Shown here: positions 62,810 through 64,000 of the stretch, in pieces
How positions within the stretch are numbered: position 1 is the stretch's first letter
Layout of the letters: each line of letters begins with the position of its first letter
Source: Hydrolagus colliei
Lineage: Eukaryota
DNA: 64,000 nucleotides
Assembly: GCA_035084275.1 (NCBI GenBank)
Contig: CM068761.1
Span: 8,742,001-8,806,000, forward strand
Direction: 5' to 3'
Notes under the pieces: model-generated
Seen by the model: only the letters and a program-made list of their open reading frames with translations
What the model was told of the DNA's origin: nothing
Database searches by the model: none
Position numbers and translations under genes: made by a program

Positions 62810-63112
62810 ATCATTGCAATTGATTTGAGAAGCACTATGAAGCACTTTGAGATGTCTTCTAGATGTCTCAAAGTGCTTCACAGAATTTACTGCAAAATGA
62901 ATTGACTGTGTATATGTGGGTGAATCATTGCAGCCAATTGCACACAGCAGTGTCCCACAAACAATCGTGGATTGCAATGACCAATTTATAATTTTTTTGA
63001 GGGATTATTATTAGGCATGTGGAATAAGGAAACTTGCCCGACATTTCGCCCTGTCTGGAATCCAACCTAGATCCCTCACTTGTAAGGCGAGTGCTCTAAC
63101 CACTGAGCTACA
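62810..63112 (-). mobile_element. Short tRNA-derived Deu-type SINE
   Basis: Reverse head tgtagctcagtggttagagcactcgccttacaagtgagggatctaggttggattcc (A box, anticodon-like arm, B box) joined to tttgtgggacactgctgtgtgcaattggctgc core. Confidence 0.75.
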
Positions 63113-64000
63113 GGACTCTACATTCTGTAAATGAAAAACCTCTGATAATGGTAAAGTAACTTACATATATACAATTATCATTTATTAGGTGTAAAACTTA
63201 AAAAAGCAATTGAATTCAATTCATGACCTTTGACATTTTTACGCAACAAGAATCTGTTGTTGTATCCACTTTATTCACTTATGACAGTACAAATAGTCTG
63301 TATGTAATAAAGGTATCAATATACTGTATATTTATCCTTATTGCTGATTTATGGACAGGCAATTAGTTAAGATTGTTTTTCATGTCGTTACCTATTGAAT
63401 ACAAATGTGGAACTATTTACACATTTCCTTATGATGTGTTTTGCCCACAAAATATACAATCAATTCACTAAACAATATATTCATGCCTTTCTACCTATGC
63501 ATAACAATTTGTTTTAATGACCCAGTTTGATCTGATGTATAAATTGAATTTCTTACTCCAAGTTGTATAAACCAATACAAGGTTCCCAGCGCCTTGGGAC
63601 ATCCTCCAGACATGAAAGGCGCTCTATAAATGTAAATGTAATTTTGTTGTGCTGTTGTAGTTACTTCCCCAATTTCACGTGAATAACAAAAGGTCAAATG
63701 TTTGAAATTCAAGCCACTTTATACTGTAAAAGCAACATGTGATTTGTAATACTTCAACCCATTTCTTTTTCTTAATATAAAACTTTTAAAGCACATTCAA
63801 ATTCAAGAAAAACAAGGGAATAAAAGAAAATTACAATCATTAATTACAATAAAGACTGCCAGCCTCAAGATGAAGATCAGAATAATTTTGTCCCATGAGA
63901 ACAATTAATTTTATATGTGGAATATAAAACTAGTTAATACTATGATCTGTTAATAATATACTATACCCTTTTACAAATGATTTGTATAATATATTATAAT

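Noticed and set aside
63050-63112. tRNA-Val-like sequence as a true tRNA gene (also near 8450-8499)
   Set aside because: No proper acceptor stem; it continues directly into a SINE body and tail.
60200-64000. Possible SEPT5 last exons or 3' UTR, and GATA sites of a GP1BB promoter
   Set aside because: No septin-like coding sequence recognised; GATA words (e.g. TTATCT at 60374) are expected by chance in AT-rich DNA.

Overview
Eukaryotic genomic DNA, almost certainly from a cartilaginous fish, inferred from the cluster-type Ig organisation and the L2/CR1/Deu-SINE repeat content; the species cannot be determined from the sequence alone. The + strand carries a tandem array of lambda-like (chondrichthyan type II) immunoglobulin light-chain miniloci. 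Four have intact reading frames (leader exon, germline-joined VJ exon with no RSS, C exon) at 4624-7771, 20143-23737, 32742-36336 and 47427-50502. A fifth, at 13266-13588, is a C-only pseudogene: it has an in-frame stop, and its promoter, leader and VJ are missing where a 2.1-kb TIR transposon now sits. All four intact clusters share an ATTGG / octamer / octamer-like / E-box promoter module and a 16-bp VNTR in the leader intron. At the right end is a single-LRR transmembrane gene on the - strand that best matches GP1BB (59524-60105), a gene that in human lies in 22q11 like the Ig lambda locus. The rest is L2, CR1 and RTE LINE fragments, tRNA-derived Deu-type SINEs, hAT-like and Tigger-like non-autonomous DNA transposons, low-complexity tracts and one 291-N assembly gap. 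Exon coordinates were read from splice sites; LINE and SINE boundaries are approximate.
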